Shown here one piece after another: positions 36,716-50,001 of a DNA stretch of 64,000 nt (position 1 is the first letter of the stretch; every line of letters starts with the position of its first letter). A model generated the notes under the pieces. It was not told the origin of the DNA. It saw nothing but the letters and a program-made list of their open reading frames with translations, and ran no database searches. The stretch comes from Eledone cirrhosa (Eukaryota). The DNA lies in assembly GCA_964016885.1 (NCBI GenBank), contig OZ024740.1, forward strand, positions 432,202,001-432,266,000, in the 5' to 3' direction. The translations under genes and the position numbers were made by a program.

Positions 36716-37438
36716 GTTTACAATGAAAAACAGGTTTATATATGGAAGACGTTTTAGATTTTTAATATCACCAGTTGGAAAATTTATCAAAAATGGAAAA
36801 TTTGCCTCCAAAATAATATATCAATCACTTGATATACATATATGAACAATTACATAAGGAATAAAAGATAGGGAAACTAAACAAATAGCAAGGCATTTTC
36901 TTTTTATTCAGTAATATTGTTAAATTTATACTAGTAGCCAGAAAACAAGTTTTCTTTAGGGAAAAAAAAAGAGAAAAAAATCTGTTTCACCTGAACAAAG
37001 TTTTCTTTTTTTTTGGGATGCTCAAATGTATACATGATCATATGTCTGTACTGGCTTTTATGTTGAATTATATGAAGCTAACTTAGCATTAGAAGAAGCA
37101 ATGTACATATGTGCCATATATCTAACATTTGCAACTTTTGTCTCAAGTCTGTGTCAGTATTAATGTCAAGTGTATGCATGCATGCGTGTGTGTGTGTGTG
37201 CACGTGTGTGTATGTATATGTGTGTACACCAGTTAAGAATTATAGCAGTCGTGTGGTCATCACACACAATCTGTTGTTAATATAAAACATTACATTTATT
37301 AAAGTCTTCCATTTCATGGAATGGTAAATTCCTAAATGGAAATATTTCTTTCTTTTTGGTTTGTTTCCTTATTTTTTGTTGCCAACATGCAATATATATT
37401 TTTAGTGTTGATTAGAAGAGGAGAAAGACTGCTTTCTG

Positions 37439-37579
37439 TTAGCTGAGAAGGTTTCGGATTTCTTTATGAATGTGGCAGAGGAAGTCAACATAAGATGCTG
37501 AACCATTCAAACCTTTGTCTTCCACAAGGAAGTGATTGAACCACGGTTCCAACTTGTCTCGTTGTCGAACTATAATCAA
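37439..37579 (-). CDS. SEC24C: SEC24C/D-type COPII cargo adaptor, last coding exon
   Basis: ttttcag|TTG ATT...AGC TAA; [46 protein letters not shown] has the SEC24C/D C-terminal signature FLVEDK...[13 protein letters not shown]. Confidence 0.95.
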   Translation of the reverse strand: MIIVRQRDKLEPWFNHFLVEDKGLNGSASYVDFLCHIHKEIRNLLS

Positions 37580-38185
37580 CTGAAAAACAAAATTACAGAT
37601 ACGTTAAAATTAGAAATGATATCAGTCAAATGAGAGACAAATTTACTTCGTTTTCACCCATTCTTGAGATATACTCTATATAATCTAATATAAGCCAATA
37701 AATTGACCCCACTATTTATGTCTGAAAATCCAAACTTTATTTTCGTAGAATTTGAAGTTGGTGAAAATCCTTAAAATATTCATCCTGAATAAAAGCCACC
37801 CAGCTCTACTACTATCGATTTTTTTGGCTACATATACTTCGGCTTATATACAGTATATTTTCCCATTATGTCAAATTAAAAAAGGAGATGATTTCCTTAA
37901 GAGATATAGCACTTTTGTTCTCTAGCTTTTTTAAACATATCATCATCATTAACGTCTGTTTTCCTCACTAGCATGGCTGAGACTATCAAACAACAAACAG
38001 AACTCAAATTCAGAAAAGTTAATAACAAAAATAAATGCTTCAATTCTTTGATAATCTATTATTTGTGCAGCCAAAGATCACCAGAAATATGAAATCACAA
38101 GAAAGATGAATCTATCTAAACAGAATGAATCCACATCAATTTTACACTGCAAAAGACAATTTAAAACATCAGCGAAACTACTAAC

Positions 38186-38275
38186 CTTCATTTGTCGGTT
38201 CCGTTCCTGTTGTACTATCCTAATTATTGAGCGTATTCGCTGCGATAAAGGATTATCCAATTCTATCAACTTGCA
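38186..38275 (-). CDS. SEC24C: SEC24C/D exon
   Basis: ctttcag|TGC AAG...ATG AAG|gttagt; 90 nt, phase 0; CKLIELDNPLSQRIRSIIRIVQQERNRQMK (LDNPLS motif). Confidence 0.93.
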
Positions 38276-39282
38276 CTGAAAGAAAAAATACAACATTTAT
38301 TATAAGTTATTGATATATTAAACAGTAGAGAGTTAATAACTATATTTCACAAAGAAGTTCATCTTTGAAGTGGAGTGGAGTGAGATGGGGATAAAAGACA
38401 GAAACAGCTAGGACTTGTTATTACAAAGAATTTAACTTATTATTTCAAAGAATTTAACTTATTACAAAGTATTTAACTTATTATTTCAAAGTATTTAACT
38501 TATTTCAAAATTACAAATATTTGAAGTTTAATTTTTCTTTTGAAAAATCTGAAAAAGAATTACTCAGAATTTCAAAATGTAAAATATTATGCAGAAAAAA
38601 TAAAGATAAATACATAAGAATAATAACAGTAATGATAATTTAAAGTTATTATAAGTTATAAGAGGAGAACTGGGCAGTTCTGTTAGACAAGTCTTTCCCA
38701 GATGTACTGGTAGAATTTATAAACTATTTTAATGGCAAAACAACACTAAACAGCAGATTACATTCATCAAGAGCTGTCACACCATATTCACCCTATCAAT
38801 AATAATTGTTTCTACTTTTGGTACAAGGCCAGCAATTAACCAGTGCATTACTGGTACTTTATTTTATCGACCCCGTAAGGATGAAAGCAAAATTAACCTC
38901 GCCGGGATTTGAACTCAGAATGGCAAAGGCCGTAACTCTATGCGTCAAAGCATGGCGTCTGACCCTCTACCGATACTGCCAATGGTAGTCAAACATTTAC
39001 AGAGATCCTCTATACAGTTGACTGACTTGCTGAAAATAGCAGCTAAATTTCCCTCAAATCACATGCCACAGTCTGTAAATATTAAAGGAGACATTGGACA
39101 ATGTAATGAGAGATGGGATGGTCATACTGAAACAGGTTTGAACATGATCTGAGCTGACCTGGGGCTAAACAACAATATAATCACCTCATAATCAGTGATG
39201 GCCTGCATCAATAGAAACAACTAAGCCGTGATATCAAGGACATTTCTTCAGAGAAAGAAGAAATGTTTCAGAAATATTTCCC

Positions 39283-39520
39283 TTCTCATAACATGGTACC
39301 CTGCCATTCCTCATAACATGGTACCCTGCCATTCCTTATAACATGGTACCCTGCCATTCCTTATAACATGGTACCCTGCTATTACTCACCTTTCTCATAA
39401 CATGGTACCCTGCCATTCCTTATAAAATGGTACCCTGCCATTCCTCATAACATGGTACCCTGCTATTCCTCACCTTTCTCATAACATGGTACCCTGCCAT
39501 TTCTCACCTTTCTCATAATA
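39283..39520. repeat. 25-bp minisatellite (~8 copies)
   Basis: Unit CATAACATGGTACCCTGCCATTCCT, some copies with CACCTTT insertions. Confidence 0.9.
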
Positions 39521-40047
39521 AACTAACTGAAAGCTTTGCCCGCCTATTCTTATGAGAACCGAAACCCTCACAATTCACTATCTGCCCACATTTTCCCCTA
39601 CAGGCGCCAGCCCATAAAAGATTAAACTATCAATCTCACCATTCTGAGAGGGTTTTAAAAAATCATGGGCTCTGTCCCTTCTTTTACCACTCAGAATAAA
39701 AGAGAGGTGGGTGAGACTGTCAAGACATCTGTATATAATTCTTTTATCAAAGTTGTTAGTAAAAAGCTATTTAAAATAAAACATTGATGATATTTTTTGT
39801 TCTTTCAATAAATTCATAAACTTAATATGCCTAAAATAAATTTAAAACCAAGTCTGTTAGTAAGAAAGAAGAGCCTAAGCTTGGCATTATAAAACTACCT
39901 AAAACTAGCACATACACACTTTCTTACATATACACACTTTCTTATATAGACACACTTTCTTACATATACCCACTTTCTTACATACAAACACAGTTTTCCA
40001 AAGCATCTGAAAAGAGAAAAGTGATTAGAGTGAAACTGTAGAAGTAC

Positions 40048-40151
40048 TTTGTCAATATCGATCTGGGCAGCACTTTGTACTCCAAATACCATTTGAACCC
40101 ATTCAGGACTTACGTTGTGGCCAAGCCACAAGTACATTGTTAATCCATTTT
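40048..40151 (-). CDS. SEC24C: SEC24C/D exon (gelsolin-like domain)
   Basis: ttcacag|AA AAT GGA...GAC AAA|gtactt; 104 nt, phase 1->0; (E)NGLTMYLWLGHNVSPEWVQMVFGVQSAAQIDIDK. Confidence 0.93.
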
Positions 40152-40255
40152 CTGTGAACAAAACAGAAAGAAATATAAAATAAAACTCTTAAAAACACAA
40201 ACATATATTATTTCAAAACGGATGACTCTGCTATCTTGCTTCTATTTATTCATCA

Positions 40256-40707
40256 TATAAACAGATAAAGGCATGGATATCACACAAACAAAACAGATAA
40301 AGACATGGATATAACACAAACAAAACAGATAAAGGCATGGATATAACACAAACAAAACAGATAAAGGCATGGATATAACACAAACAAAACAGATAAAGGC
40401 ATGGATATAACACAAACAAAACAGATAAAGGCATGGATATCACACAAACAAAACAGATAAAGGCATGGATATCACACTAACAAAACAGATAAAGACAGAT
40501 ATAACACAAACAAAACAGATAAAGACATGGAATCCCACTAACAAAACAGATAAAGACATGGATATCACACTAACAAAACAGATAAAGACATGGATATCAC
40601 ACTAACAAAACAGATAAAGACATGGATATCACACTAACAAAACAGATAAAGACATGGATATCACACTAACAAAACAGATAAAGACATGGATATCACACTA
40701 ACAAAAC
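40256..40707. repeat. 32-bp minisatellite (~14 copies)
   Basis: Unit ACAAAACAGATAAAG(G/A)CATGGATAT(C/A)ACAC(A/T)A, about 100 bp upstream of the SEC24 acceptor. Confidence 0.93.
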
Positions 40708-40801
40708 ATAATTATTAGCTTTAAATAAATAAATATAGATTTATGGAGGTATTTCTCCTGAATTTCTACACCCAATTGTATATAGATATATGTGAGATGT
40801 G

Positions 40802-40834
<33 letters not shown>

Positions 40835-41246
40835 GTGTGTGTGTGTACTGGTGACATGTGAAAAAAGAACTCAGTCCACCCTGTAAAGTGGTCATGCTGG
40901 AAACATGATAAAAAGCAGCCAGTCCACATTGTAATGTAGAAACTAAGCCAAAATACAGATCTGTATGAGCAAGATGTGGTCATCTGACCTGACTTGTTTC
41001 ATAATGTGACAACATGTTTAGCCATGCAGTCAAGGAAAATGGATCTAAATGTTGTTGATGGTGATGATTATATATATAATCATTCTCGTTTTACGTCCAT
41101 TTTTCCAAGCTAGCATGGGTTAGACGAGTTGTCCTGTAGTGAGCAATACTAGGTCACTTGTTTTGTCCCCATCTACCCGACCTCCACAAATTAAGAAATT
41201 TACATGATAATACAGCCAACCTTATGATGAAATATATCTCATATGG

Positions 41247-41354
41247 CCCACGACTATTATAGATAATAATGGGAATTATCATCATCATCATAATTGTAAT
41301 TATTCATTGTCATGATGATGATGAATACCCATTATTATCTATAATAGTCATGGG
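41247..41354. repeat. Fold-back inverted repeat (~40-bp arms)
   Basis: CCCACGACTATTATAGATAATAATGGG...CCCATTATTATCTATAATAGTCATGGG (26/27), extended inward by (CAT)n/(ATG)n pairing. Confidence 0.85.
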
Positions 41355-41461
41355 TAACGTATGTTGAGCAGTGAGCCTCATCAGATATGGTTCATCATTA
41401 AATGAACCGTATTACGAAAAAACATTGAAGGTAAATTTTTGTTAGGCCTGCCATTCCGATG

Positions 41462-42122
41462 GCCAAACAGGACACAATTTGATCACGTCAGATCTATATT
41501 ATTCTGTCAATCAGATAGCCAAACAGGACACAATTTGATCACGTCAGATCTATATTATTCTGTCAATCAGATAGCCAAACAGGACACAATTTGATCACGT
41601 CAGATCTATATTATTCTGTCAATCAGATAGCCAAACAGGACACAATTTGATCACGTCAGATCTATATTATTCTGTCAATCAGATAGCCAAACAGGACACA
41701 ATTTGATCACGTCAGATCTATATTATTCTGTCAATCAGATAGCCAAACAGGACACAATTTGATCACATCAGATCTATATTATTCTGTCAATCAGATAGCC
41801 AAACAGGACACAATTTGATCACGTCAGATCTATATTATTCTGTCAATCAGATAGCCAAACAGGACACAATTTGATCACGTCAGATCTATATTATTCTGTC
41901 AATCAGATAGCCAAACAGGACACAATTTGATCACGTCAGATCTATATTATTCTGTCAATCAGATAGCCAAACAGGACACAATTTGATCACGTCAGATCTA
42001 TATTATTCTGTCAATCAGATAGCCAAACAGGACACAATTTGATCACGTCAGATCTATATTATTCTGTCAATCAGATAGCCAAACAGGACACAATTTGATC
42101 ACGTCAGATCTATATTATTCTG
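41462..42122. repeat. 56-bp minisatellite (~12 near-identical copies)
   Basis: Unit GCCAAACAGGACACAATTTGATCACGTCAGATCTATATTATTCTGTCAATCAGATA. Confidence 0.96.
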
Positions 42123-43040
42123 CTACCATTTAAACATACAACACTATAATTATGGAATGAAATCAAAAACATGTTCCAATATAGAGAAAACTATATTGTT
42201 CGTAAGAAGTGAACTGATAAACTAGTAAATAAAATCTGACGTTTATAAACAAAACATTTCTTGCAAGACAATAACAATTAATTGATAAACTTTGGAATGA
42301 AACTGGAGACATAATCTATTATAGATAGAAAATATTTATATTATTTATAAGATATGGAACTGAGAAATAGTTTAAATTAAATGTAATATATACATATATA
42401 TATGATGGACTCTCCCATCGATATCTGACGTATCAGTGTCCAACAAAGGTTGATGTGAGAAAGTGAACTGATGTTGAACTATCCACACAAAGTTTTAAGT
42501 GGTGAAGGCTTGTGTTGGACCAACCACACTTTTTTGAACTGATGACATATCTTCGGTGTAAATATTTTCCACGAAAAATACGACAGTCCTCAGCTTTTTA
42601 TGCCTCAGAGTTTAACCTCTCCGTATAAAAGAAAAAAAAACAAAACAATTCCAGTTATGTGCACTATTCTCAGATATTAAAATAAAGATGTAGTACAATA
42701 CATTAAAATTTGTTAAAGTATTACCAAAATAGTCATATATGTATCAGAATAATGTCTTGAGCAATGTTTAAACTGTTTGTTATGTACATTATTTTCAGTA
42801 ATCTTAATAACAGAGTAAATTACAGTTTTATGTAACTCTTTCTAGAGCACATTTAACTCATGACATAAATTTATCATTATTTTCTCATGGATAGTTTACC
42901 TCTTGACATAAACTTAAAAGATGATAACCCTCAAGATAGGAGAGTTGACAGATATATAACAAATCATCATCATCATCATCATCGTTTAATGTCTATCTTC
43001 CACGCTAACATGGGTTTAGAATAATATAATTGACAATAAT

Positions 43041-43077
<37 letters not shown>

Positions 43078-43308
43078 CTCTCTCTCTTTCAAGACTTCAG
43101 TAATATCCATGTAGATTTTATACTCAATAATCAAACACTTCAGAAAAGAAATTATCATTCTATAAACTTGCAACAATCTTAGAGTCTTCAAAATAACTAT
43201 GAATATTTCACAACCGCTGACTAGTAATTATTATTTTGTTGTTGTGTCAGCAAAGTCTGTCTCCATGTCATATTCCTGGAATATAAACTAGGTTTATTTC
43301 AGATTTTG

Positions 43309-46300
43309 ATGTGGTATTGTAAAGTGGTCAAGAGAGCCATGTGGTATTGTAAAGTGGTCAAGGTAGAGACATGTGGTATTGTAAAGTAGTCAAGGTAGAG
43401 CCATGTGGTATTGTAAAGTGGTCGAGATAGATCCATGTGGTATTGTAAAGTGGTCAAGAGAGAGCCATGTGGTATGGTAAAGTGGTCAAGGTAGAGCCAG
43501 GTGGTATTGTAAAGTGGTCAAGATAGAGCCAGGTGGTATTGTAAAGTGGTCGAGAGAGAGACATGTGGTATTGTAAATTGGTCAAGGTAGAGACGTGGTA
43601 TTGTAAAGTGGTCAAAGTAGAGCCATGTGGTATTGTAAAGTGGTCAAGAGAGAGCCATGTGGTATTGTAAAGTGGTCAAGGTAGAGCCATGTGGTATTGT
43701 AAAGTGGTCGAGAGAGAGACATGTGGTATTGTAACGTGGTCGAGAGAGAGAGAGCCATGTGGTATTGTAAAGTAGTCGAGATAGAGACGTGGTATTGTAA
43801 AGTGGTCAAGGTAGATCCATGTGGTATTGTAAAGTGGTCAAGAGAGAGCCATGTGGTATTGTAAAATGGTCAAGAGAGAACCATGTGGTATTGCAAAGTG
43901 GTCGAGAGAGAGCCATGTGGTATTGTAAAGTGGTCGAGATAGAGACGTGGTATTGTAAAGTGGTCAAGGTAGATCCATGTGGTATTGTAAAGTGGTCAAG
44001 ATAGAGCCATGTGGTATTGTAAAGTGGTCGAGAGAGAGAGATAGACATGTGGTATTGTAAAGTGGTCAAGAGAGCCATGTGGTCGAGATAGAGATATGTG
44101 GTATTGTAAAGTGGTCAAGGTAGAGACATGTGGTATTGTAAAGTGGTCAAGAGAGAACCATGTGGTATTGTAAAGTGGTCGAGGTACAGACGTGGTATTG
44201 TAAAGTGGTCGAGGTAGAGACGTGGTATTGTAAAGTGGTCAAGAGACAGCCATGTGGTACTGTAAAGTGGTCGAGGTAGAGCCATGTGGTATTGTAAAGT
44301 GGTCAAGATAGAGCCATGTGGTATTGTAAAGTAGTCGAGAGAGAGACATGTGGTATTGTAAAGTGGTCGAGAGAGATCCATGTGGTATTGTAAAATGGTC
44401 GAGGTAGAGACCTGATATTGTAAAGTGGTCAAGAGAGCCATATGGTATTGTAAAGTGGTCAAGGTAGAGCCATGTGGTATTGTAAAGTGGTCAAGGTAGA
44501 GCCATGTGGTATTGTAAAGTGGTCAAGAGAGAACCATGTGGTATTGTAAAGTGGTCAAGGTAGAGACGTGGTATTGTAAAGTGGTCAAGAGAGCCATATG
44601 GTATTGTAAAGTGGTCAAGGTAGAGCCATGTGGTACTGTAAAGTGGTGAAGATAGAGCCATGTGGTATTGTAAAGTGGACAAGAGAGCCATGTGGTATTG
44701 TAAAATGGTCAAGAGAGTGCCGTGTGGTATTGTAAAGTGGTCGAGGTAGAGCCATGTGGTATTGTAAAGTGGTCAAGGTAGAGCCATATGGTATTGTAAA
44801 GTGGTCAAGGTAGAGCCATGTGGTATTGTAAAGTGGCCGAGATAGAGACATGTGGTATTGTAAAGTGGTCAAGGTAGAGCCATGTGGTATTGTAAAGTGG
44901 ACAAGGTAGATCCATATGGTATTGTAAAGTGGTCGAGATAGAGACATGTGGTATTGTAAAGTGGTAAAGGTAGAGCCATGTGGTATTGTAAAGTGGTCAA
45001 GGTAGACCCATGTGGTATTGTAAAGTGGTCAAGATAGAGCCAGGTGGTATTGTAAAGTGGTCGAGAGAGAGACATGTGGTATTGTAAAGTGGTCAAGGTA
45101 GAGCCGTGGTATTGTAAAGTGGTCAAGGTAGAGCCATGTGGTATTGTAGAGTGGTCAAGTTAGAGCCATGTGGTATTGTAAAGTGGTCAAGAGAGAGCCA
45201 TGTGGTATTGTAAAGTGGTCAAGGTAGAGCCATGTGGTATTGTAAAGTGGTCAAGAGAGAGCCATGTGGTATTGTAAAATGGTCGAGGTAGAGACATGTG
45301 GTATTGTAAAGTGGTCGAGGTAGCGCCATATGGTAATGTAAAGTGGTCGAGATAGAGACATGTGGTATTGTAAAGTGGTCAAGGTAGAGCCATGTGGTAT
45401 TGTAAAGTATTCAAGGTAGACCCATGTGGTATTGTAAAGTGGTCAAGATAGAGCCAGGTGGTATTGTAAAGTGGTCGAGAGAGAGCCATGTGGTATTGTA
45501 AAGTGGTCAAGGTAGACGTGGTATTGTAAAGTGGTCAAGGTAGAGCCATGTGGTATTGTAAAGTGGTCAAGGTAGATCCATGTGGTATTGTAAAGTGGTC
45601 AAGAGAGAGCCATGTGGTATTGTAAAGTGGTCAAGGTAGAGCCATGTGGTATTGTAAAGTGGTCAAGAGAGAGCCATGTGGTATTGTAAAGTGGTCGAGG
45701 TAGAGACGTGGTATTGTAAAGTGGTCGAGGTAGGGCCATATGGTAATGTAAAGTGGTCAAGGTAGAGCCATGTGGTATTGTAAAGTGGTCGAGAGAGAGA
45801 CATGTGGTATTGTAAAGTGGTCGAAAGAGAGACATGTGGTATTGTAAAGTGGTCGAGGTAGAGCCATTTGGTATTGTAAAGTGGTCAAGGTAGAGCCATA
45901 TGGTATTGTAAAGTGGTCAAGGTAGAGCCATATGGTATTGTAAAGTGGTCAAGGTAGAGCCATGTGGTCGAGATAGAGACATGTGGTATTGTAAAGTGGT
46001 CAAGGTAGAGCCATGTGGTATTGTAAAGTGGACAAGGTAGAGCCATATGGTATTGTAAAGTGGTCTAGATAGAGACATGTGGTATTGTAAAGTGGTCAAG
46101 GTAGAGCCATGCGGTATTGTAAAGTGGTATAGTAAAGTGGTAGAGCCATGAGGTATAGTAAAGTGGTCGAGATAGAGATATGTGGTATTGTAAAGTGGTG
46201 AAAGGTAGAGCCATGTGGTACTGTAAAGTGGTGAAAGGTAGAGCCATGTGGTATTGTAAAGTGGTCAAGAGAGAACCATGTGGTATTGTAAAGTGGTCGA

Positions 46301-48878
46301 GGTAGAGACGTGGTATTGTAAAGTGGTCGAGGTAGAGACGTGGTATTGTAGTGGTCAAGAGAGAGCCATGTGGTATTGTAAAGTGGTCAAGGTAGAGCCA
46401 TGTGGTATTGTAAAGTGGTCAAGGTAGAGCCATGTGGTATTGTAAAGTGGTCAAGAGAGAGCCATGTGGTATTGTAAAGTGGTCAAGAGAGAGCCATGTG
46501 GTATTGTAAAGTGGTCAAGAGAGAGCCATGTGGTATTGTAAAGTGGTCAAGAGAGAGCCATGTGGTATTGTAAAGTGGTCAAGAGAGAGCCATGTGGTAT
46601 TGTAAAGTGGTCGAGGTAGGGCCATATGGTAATGTAAAGTGGTCAAGGTAGAGCCATGTGGTATTGTAAAGTGGTTGAGAGAGAGACATGTGGTATTGTA
46701 AAGTGGTCGAAAGAGAGACATGTGGTATTGTAAAGTGGTCGAGGTAGAGCCATTTGGTATTGTAAAGTGGTCAAGGTAGAGCCATATGGTATTGTAAAGT
46801 GGTCAAGGTAGAGCCATGTGGTCGAGATAGAGACATGTGGTATTGTAAAGTGGTCAAGGTAGAGCCATCTGGTATTGTAAAGTGGACAAGGTAGAGCCAT
46901 ATGGTATTGTAAAGTGGTCTAGATAGAGACATGTGGTATTGTAAAGTGGTCAAGGTAGAGCCATGTGGTATTGTAAAGTGGTAGAGCCATGTGGTATTGT
47001 AAAGTGGTAGATCCATGTGGTATAGTAAAGTGGTAGAGCCATGAGGTATAGTAAAGTGGTCGAGATAGAGATATGTGGTATTGTAAAGTGGTGAAAGGTA
47101 GAGCCATGTGGTATTGTAAAGTGGTGAAAGGTAGAGCCATGTGGTATTGTAAAGTGGTCAAGAGAGAACCATGTGGTATTGTAAAGTGGTCGAGGTAGAC
47201 GTGGTATTGTAAAGTGGTCGAGGTAGAGACGTGGTATTGTAAAGTGGTCAAGAGAGAACCATGTGGTATTGTAAAGTGGTCAAGGTAGAGCCATGTGGTA
47301 TTGTAAAGTGGTCAAGATAGAGCCATGTGGTATTGTAAAGTGGTCAAGAGAGCCATGTGGTATTGTAAAGTGGTCAAGAAAGAGCCATGTGGTATTGTAA
47401 AGTGGTCGAGGTAGAGCCATTTGGTATTGTAAAGTGGTCAAGGTAGAGCCATATGGTATTGTAAAGTGGTCTAGATAGAGACATGTGGTATTGTAAAGTG
47501 GTCAAGGTAGAGCCATGTGGTATTGTAAAGTGGTCGAGGTAGAGCCATATGGTATTGTAAAGTGGTCAAGGTAGATCCATGTGGTATTGTAAAGTGGTCG
47601 AGAGAGAACCATGTGGTATTGTAAAGTGGTCAAGAGAGAGACATGTGGTATTGTAAAGTGGTCGAGAGAGAGACATGTGGTATTGTAAAGTCGTTGAGGT
47701 AGAGACATGTGGTATTGTAAAGTGGTCGAGGTAGAGCCATATGGTATTGTAAAGTGGTCAAGGTAGATCCATGTGGTATTGTAAAGTGGTCGAGAGAGAA
47801 CCATGTGGTATTGTAAAGTGGTCAAGAGAGAGGGAGATCCATGTGGTATTGTAAAGTGGTCGAGATAGAGACATGTGGTATTGTAAAGTGGTCAAGGTAG
47901 ACCCATGTGGTATTGTAAAGTGGTCGAGAGAGAGACATGTGGTATTGTAAAGTGGTCGAGAGAGAGACATGTGGTATTGTAAAGTGGTCGAGAGAGAGAC
48001 ATGTGGTATTGTAAAGTGGTCGAGAGAGAGAGATAGAGACATGTGGTATTGTAAAGTGGTCAAAAGAGTTCCATGTGGTATTGTAAAGTTGTCGAGATAG
48101 AGACGTGGTATTGTAAAGTGGTCAAGGTAGAGACGTGCTATTGTAAAGTGGTCGAGGTAGAGACATGTGGTATTGTAAAGTGGTCGAGGTAGAGCCATGT
48201 GGTACTGTAAAGTGGTCAAGATAGAGCCATGTGGTATTGTAAAATGGTCGAGATAGAGCCATGTGGTAGTGTAAAGTGGCCGAGATAGAGACGTGGTATT
48301 GTAAAGTGGTCAAGAGAGACCCATGTGGTATTGTAAAGTGGTCAAGATAGAGCCATGTGGTATTGTAAAGTGGTCAAGATAGAGCCATGTGGTATCGTAA
48401 AGTGGTCGAGAGACATGTGGTATTGTAAAGTGGTCATGGTAGAGACATGTGGTATTGTAAACTGGTCGAGGTAGAGCAATATGGTATTGTAAAGTGGTCG
48501 AGGTAGAGCCATGTGGTATTGTAAAGTGGTCAAGATAGATCCATGTGGTATTGTAAATTGGTCAAGATAGAGCCATGTGGTATTGTAAAGTGGTCAAGAG
48601 AGAGCCATGTGGCATTGTAAGTGGTCGAGGTAGAGACATGTGGTATTGTAAAGTGGTCGAGGTAGAGCCATGTGGGATTGTAAAGTGGTTAAGATAGAGC
48701 CATGTGGTATTGTAAAGTGGTTGAGATAGAGACATGTGGTATTGTAAAGTGGTCAAGAGAGAGCCATGTGGTATTGTAAAGTGGTCAAGAGAGCCATGTG
48801 GTATTGTAAAGTGATCGAGATAGAACCATGAGGTATTGTAAAGTGGTCAAGAGAGTCATGTGGTATTGTAAAGTGATC
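43309..48878. repeat. ~32-bp satellite (~175 copies) in a SEC24 intron
   Basis: Constant CATGTGGTATTGTAAAGTGGTC plus a variable purine linker (AAGGTAGAGC, GAGAGAGAGA, etc.). Confidence 0.97.
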
Positions 48879-49014
48879 AGTTGTGTTATTGTAGAATTTC
48901 TATCAATTTCTCAATCTGAGAAGACAGGGCCATGCTGTGACATTGTAGAGACATTAGGGTAATAAAGAGAAGACAAGTTGTTTTAGGGGGAGATGGCTTT
49001 AGTTGGTGACATAC

Positions 49015-49120
49015 CAAGGAAATATATTCCATTATCATCAAGCCTTTCTAGAGAACACCGCACAGCTTTTGGTAAATAATCTTCAACCAACTCGTCTGAT
49101 ATTGATTCATCAATATGATG
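49015..49120 (-). CDS. SEC24C: SEC24C/D exon
   Basis: ttttccag|CAT CAT...CTT G|gtatgt; 106 nt, phase 0->1; HHIDESISDELVEDYLPKAVRCSLERLDDNGIYFL (P.AVR.S.ERL...GIY motif). Confidence 0.93.
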
Positions 49121-49848
49121 CTGGAAAACAAAATAGAATTTATTGGAATCTGGTGAAAAAATGAAATGAAATGAACCAACAGACAAACTAAATAAAACAA
49201 TCACAATATTATTTACAATCAAAGAGAATTGTATTTCAGGATGAATTGATTGAGGTTTTACGTAGAGAACTATAAAATAAAAATGACTACTTTCAAAAGA
49301 GAATTGAAAGTTCAGAATTTACTGAACAAAAAAAATAAAAACCTTCAATCACAGAAATTTGAGATATCAATTCATTTTTATATTTTTTCAGTTTTTTTTT
49401 AATTTTTACTTTGACATTCATTTCATTAGCAAAGTAAACTCGTTAATAATACAGCCAGGTGTGCACTATATTTACATATAGAGGAGTATTGTCCTTAGAC
49501 ACTCATATCTTTTTCTCTTTTGTTGAGAAACTTTACCTTTCCATGTTTGATGTCTGTCTGTGTCTTTTTTTTGTATCAACTTTTTATCATTTGTTTTGAA
49601 AATTGAATTTTTCAAAGATGGTAAGCAAGTAGTATGAGTTAGATTTGGTCAGTAATTCTTGCAAGTCAAGAGAACAAAGAAGAGTATAGCTTGTTGGCTC
49701 AATCTAGAAGATATGTATAATGTATAATTGATGACTAGCAATTTAAAGTGAGAGGAAGGTTAGTCCAGACTATGAAATGACTAAGAATGATTAATAAAAT
49801 AATATAGTAAACTGAATAAAGAGATCAAATAAATTAGAATAAACTTAC

Positions 49849-49952
49849 GAGAGGAAGAAGTCGGGGATAGAAAAATACATTAGTTGATTTAACATCCATT
49901 GCATTTAACATCAAGAGGCAGTAACTTCTATCATCTGTAGGGACTTCAGAGC
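49849..49952 (-). CDS. SEC24C: SEC24C/D exon (end of helical domain); upstream exons lie beyond the right edge
   Basis: tttacag|GC TCT GAA...CCT CTC|gtaagt; 104 nt; SEVPTDDRSYCLLMLNAMDVKSTNVFFYPRLLPL matches the SEC24C motif TDDR...MDV..TNVFFYPRLLPL. Confidence 0.95.
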
Positions 49953-50001
49953 CTGTAAATAAACATATTTATAAAATGTTGCATTCATAATAATGGTTCA
50001 A

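Noticed and set aside
34700-37438. Defined SEC24 3'UTR and poly(A) site
   Set aside because: Many minus-strand AATAAA candidates (e.g. 37295, 34714) in AT-rich DNA; the end cannot be chosen without transcript data.
42400-42630. Unique, more GC-balanced intronic segment after a pyrimidine tract, as a possible alternative SEC24 exon or snoRNA
   Set aside because: Stops in the usable frames, no recognisable homology, and no clear C/D or H/ACA boxes on the sense strand.
43309-48878. CRISPR-like constant repeat plus variable spacer
   Set aside because: Linkers are only 8-16 bp, mutually similar and GA-rich; eukaryotic intron; no cas genes.
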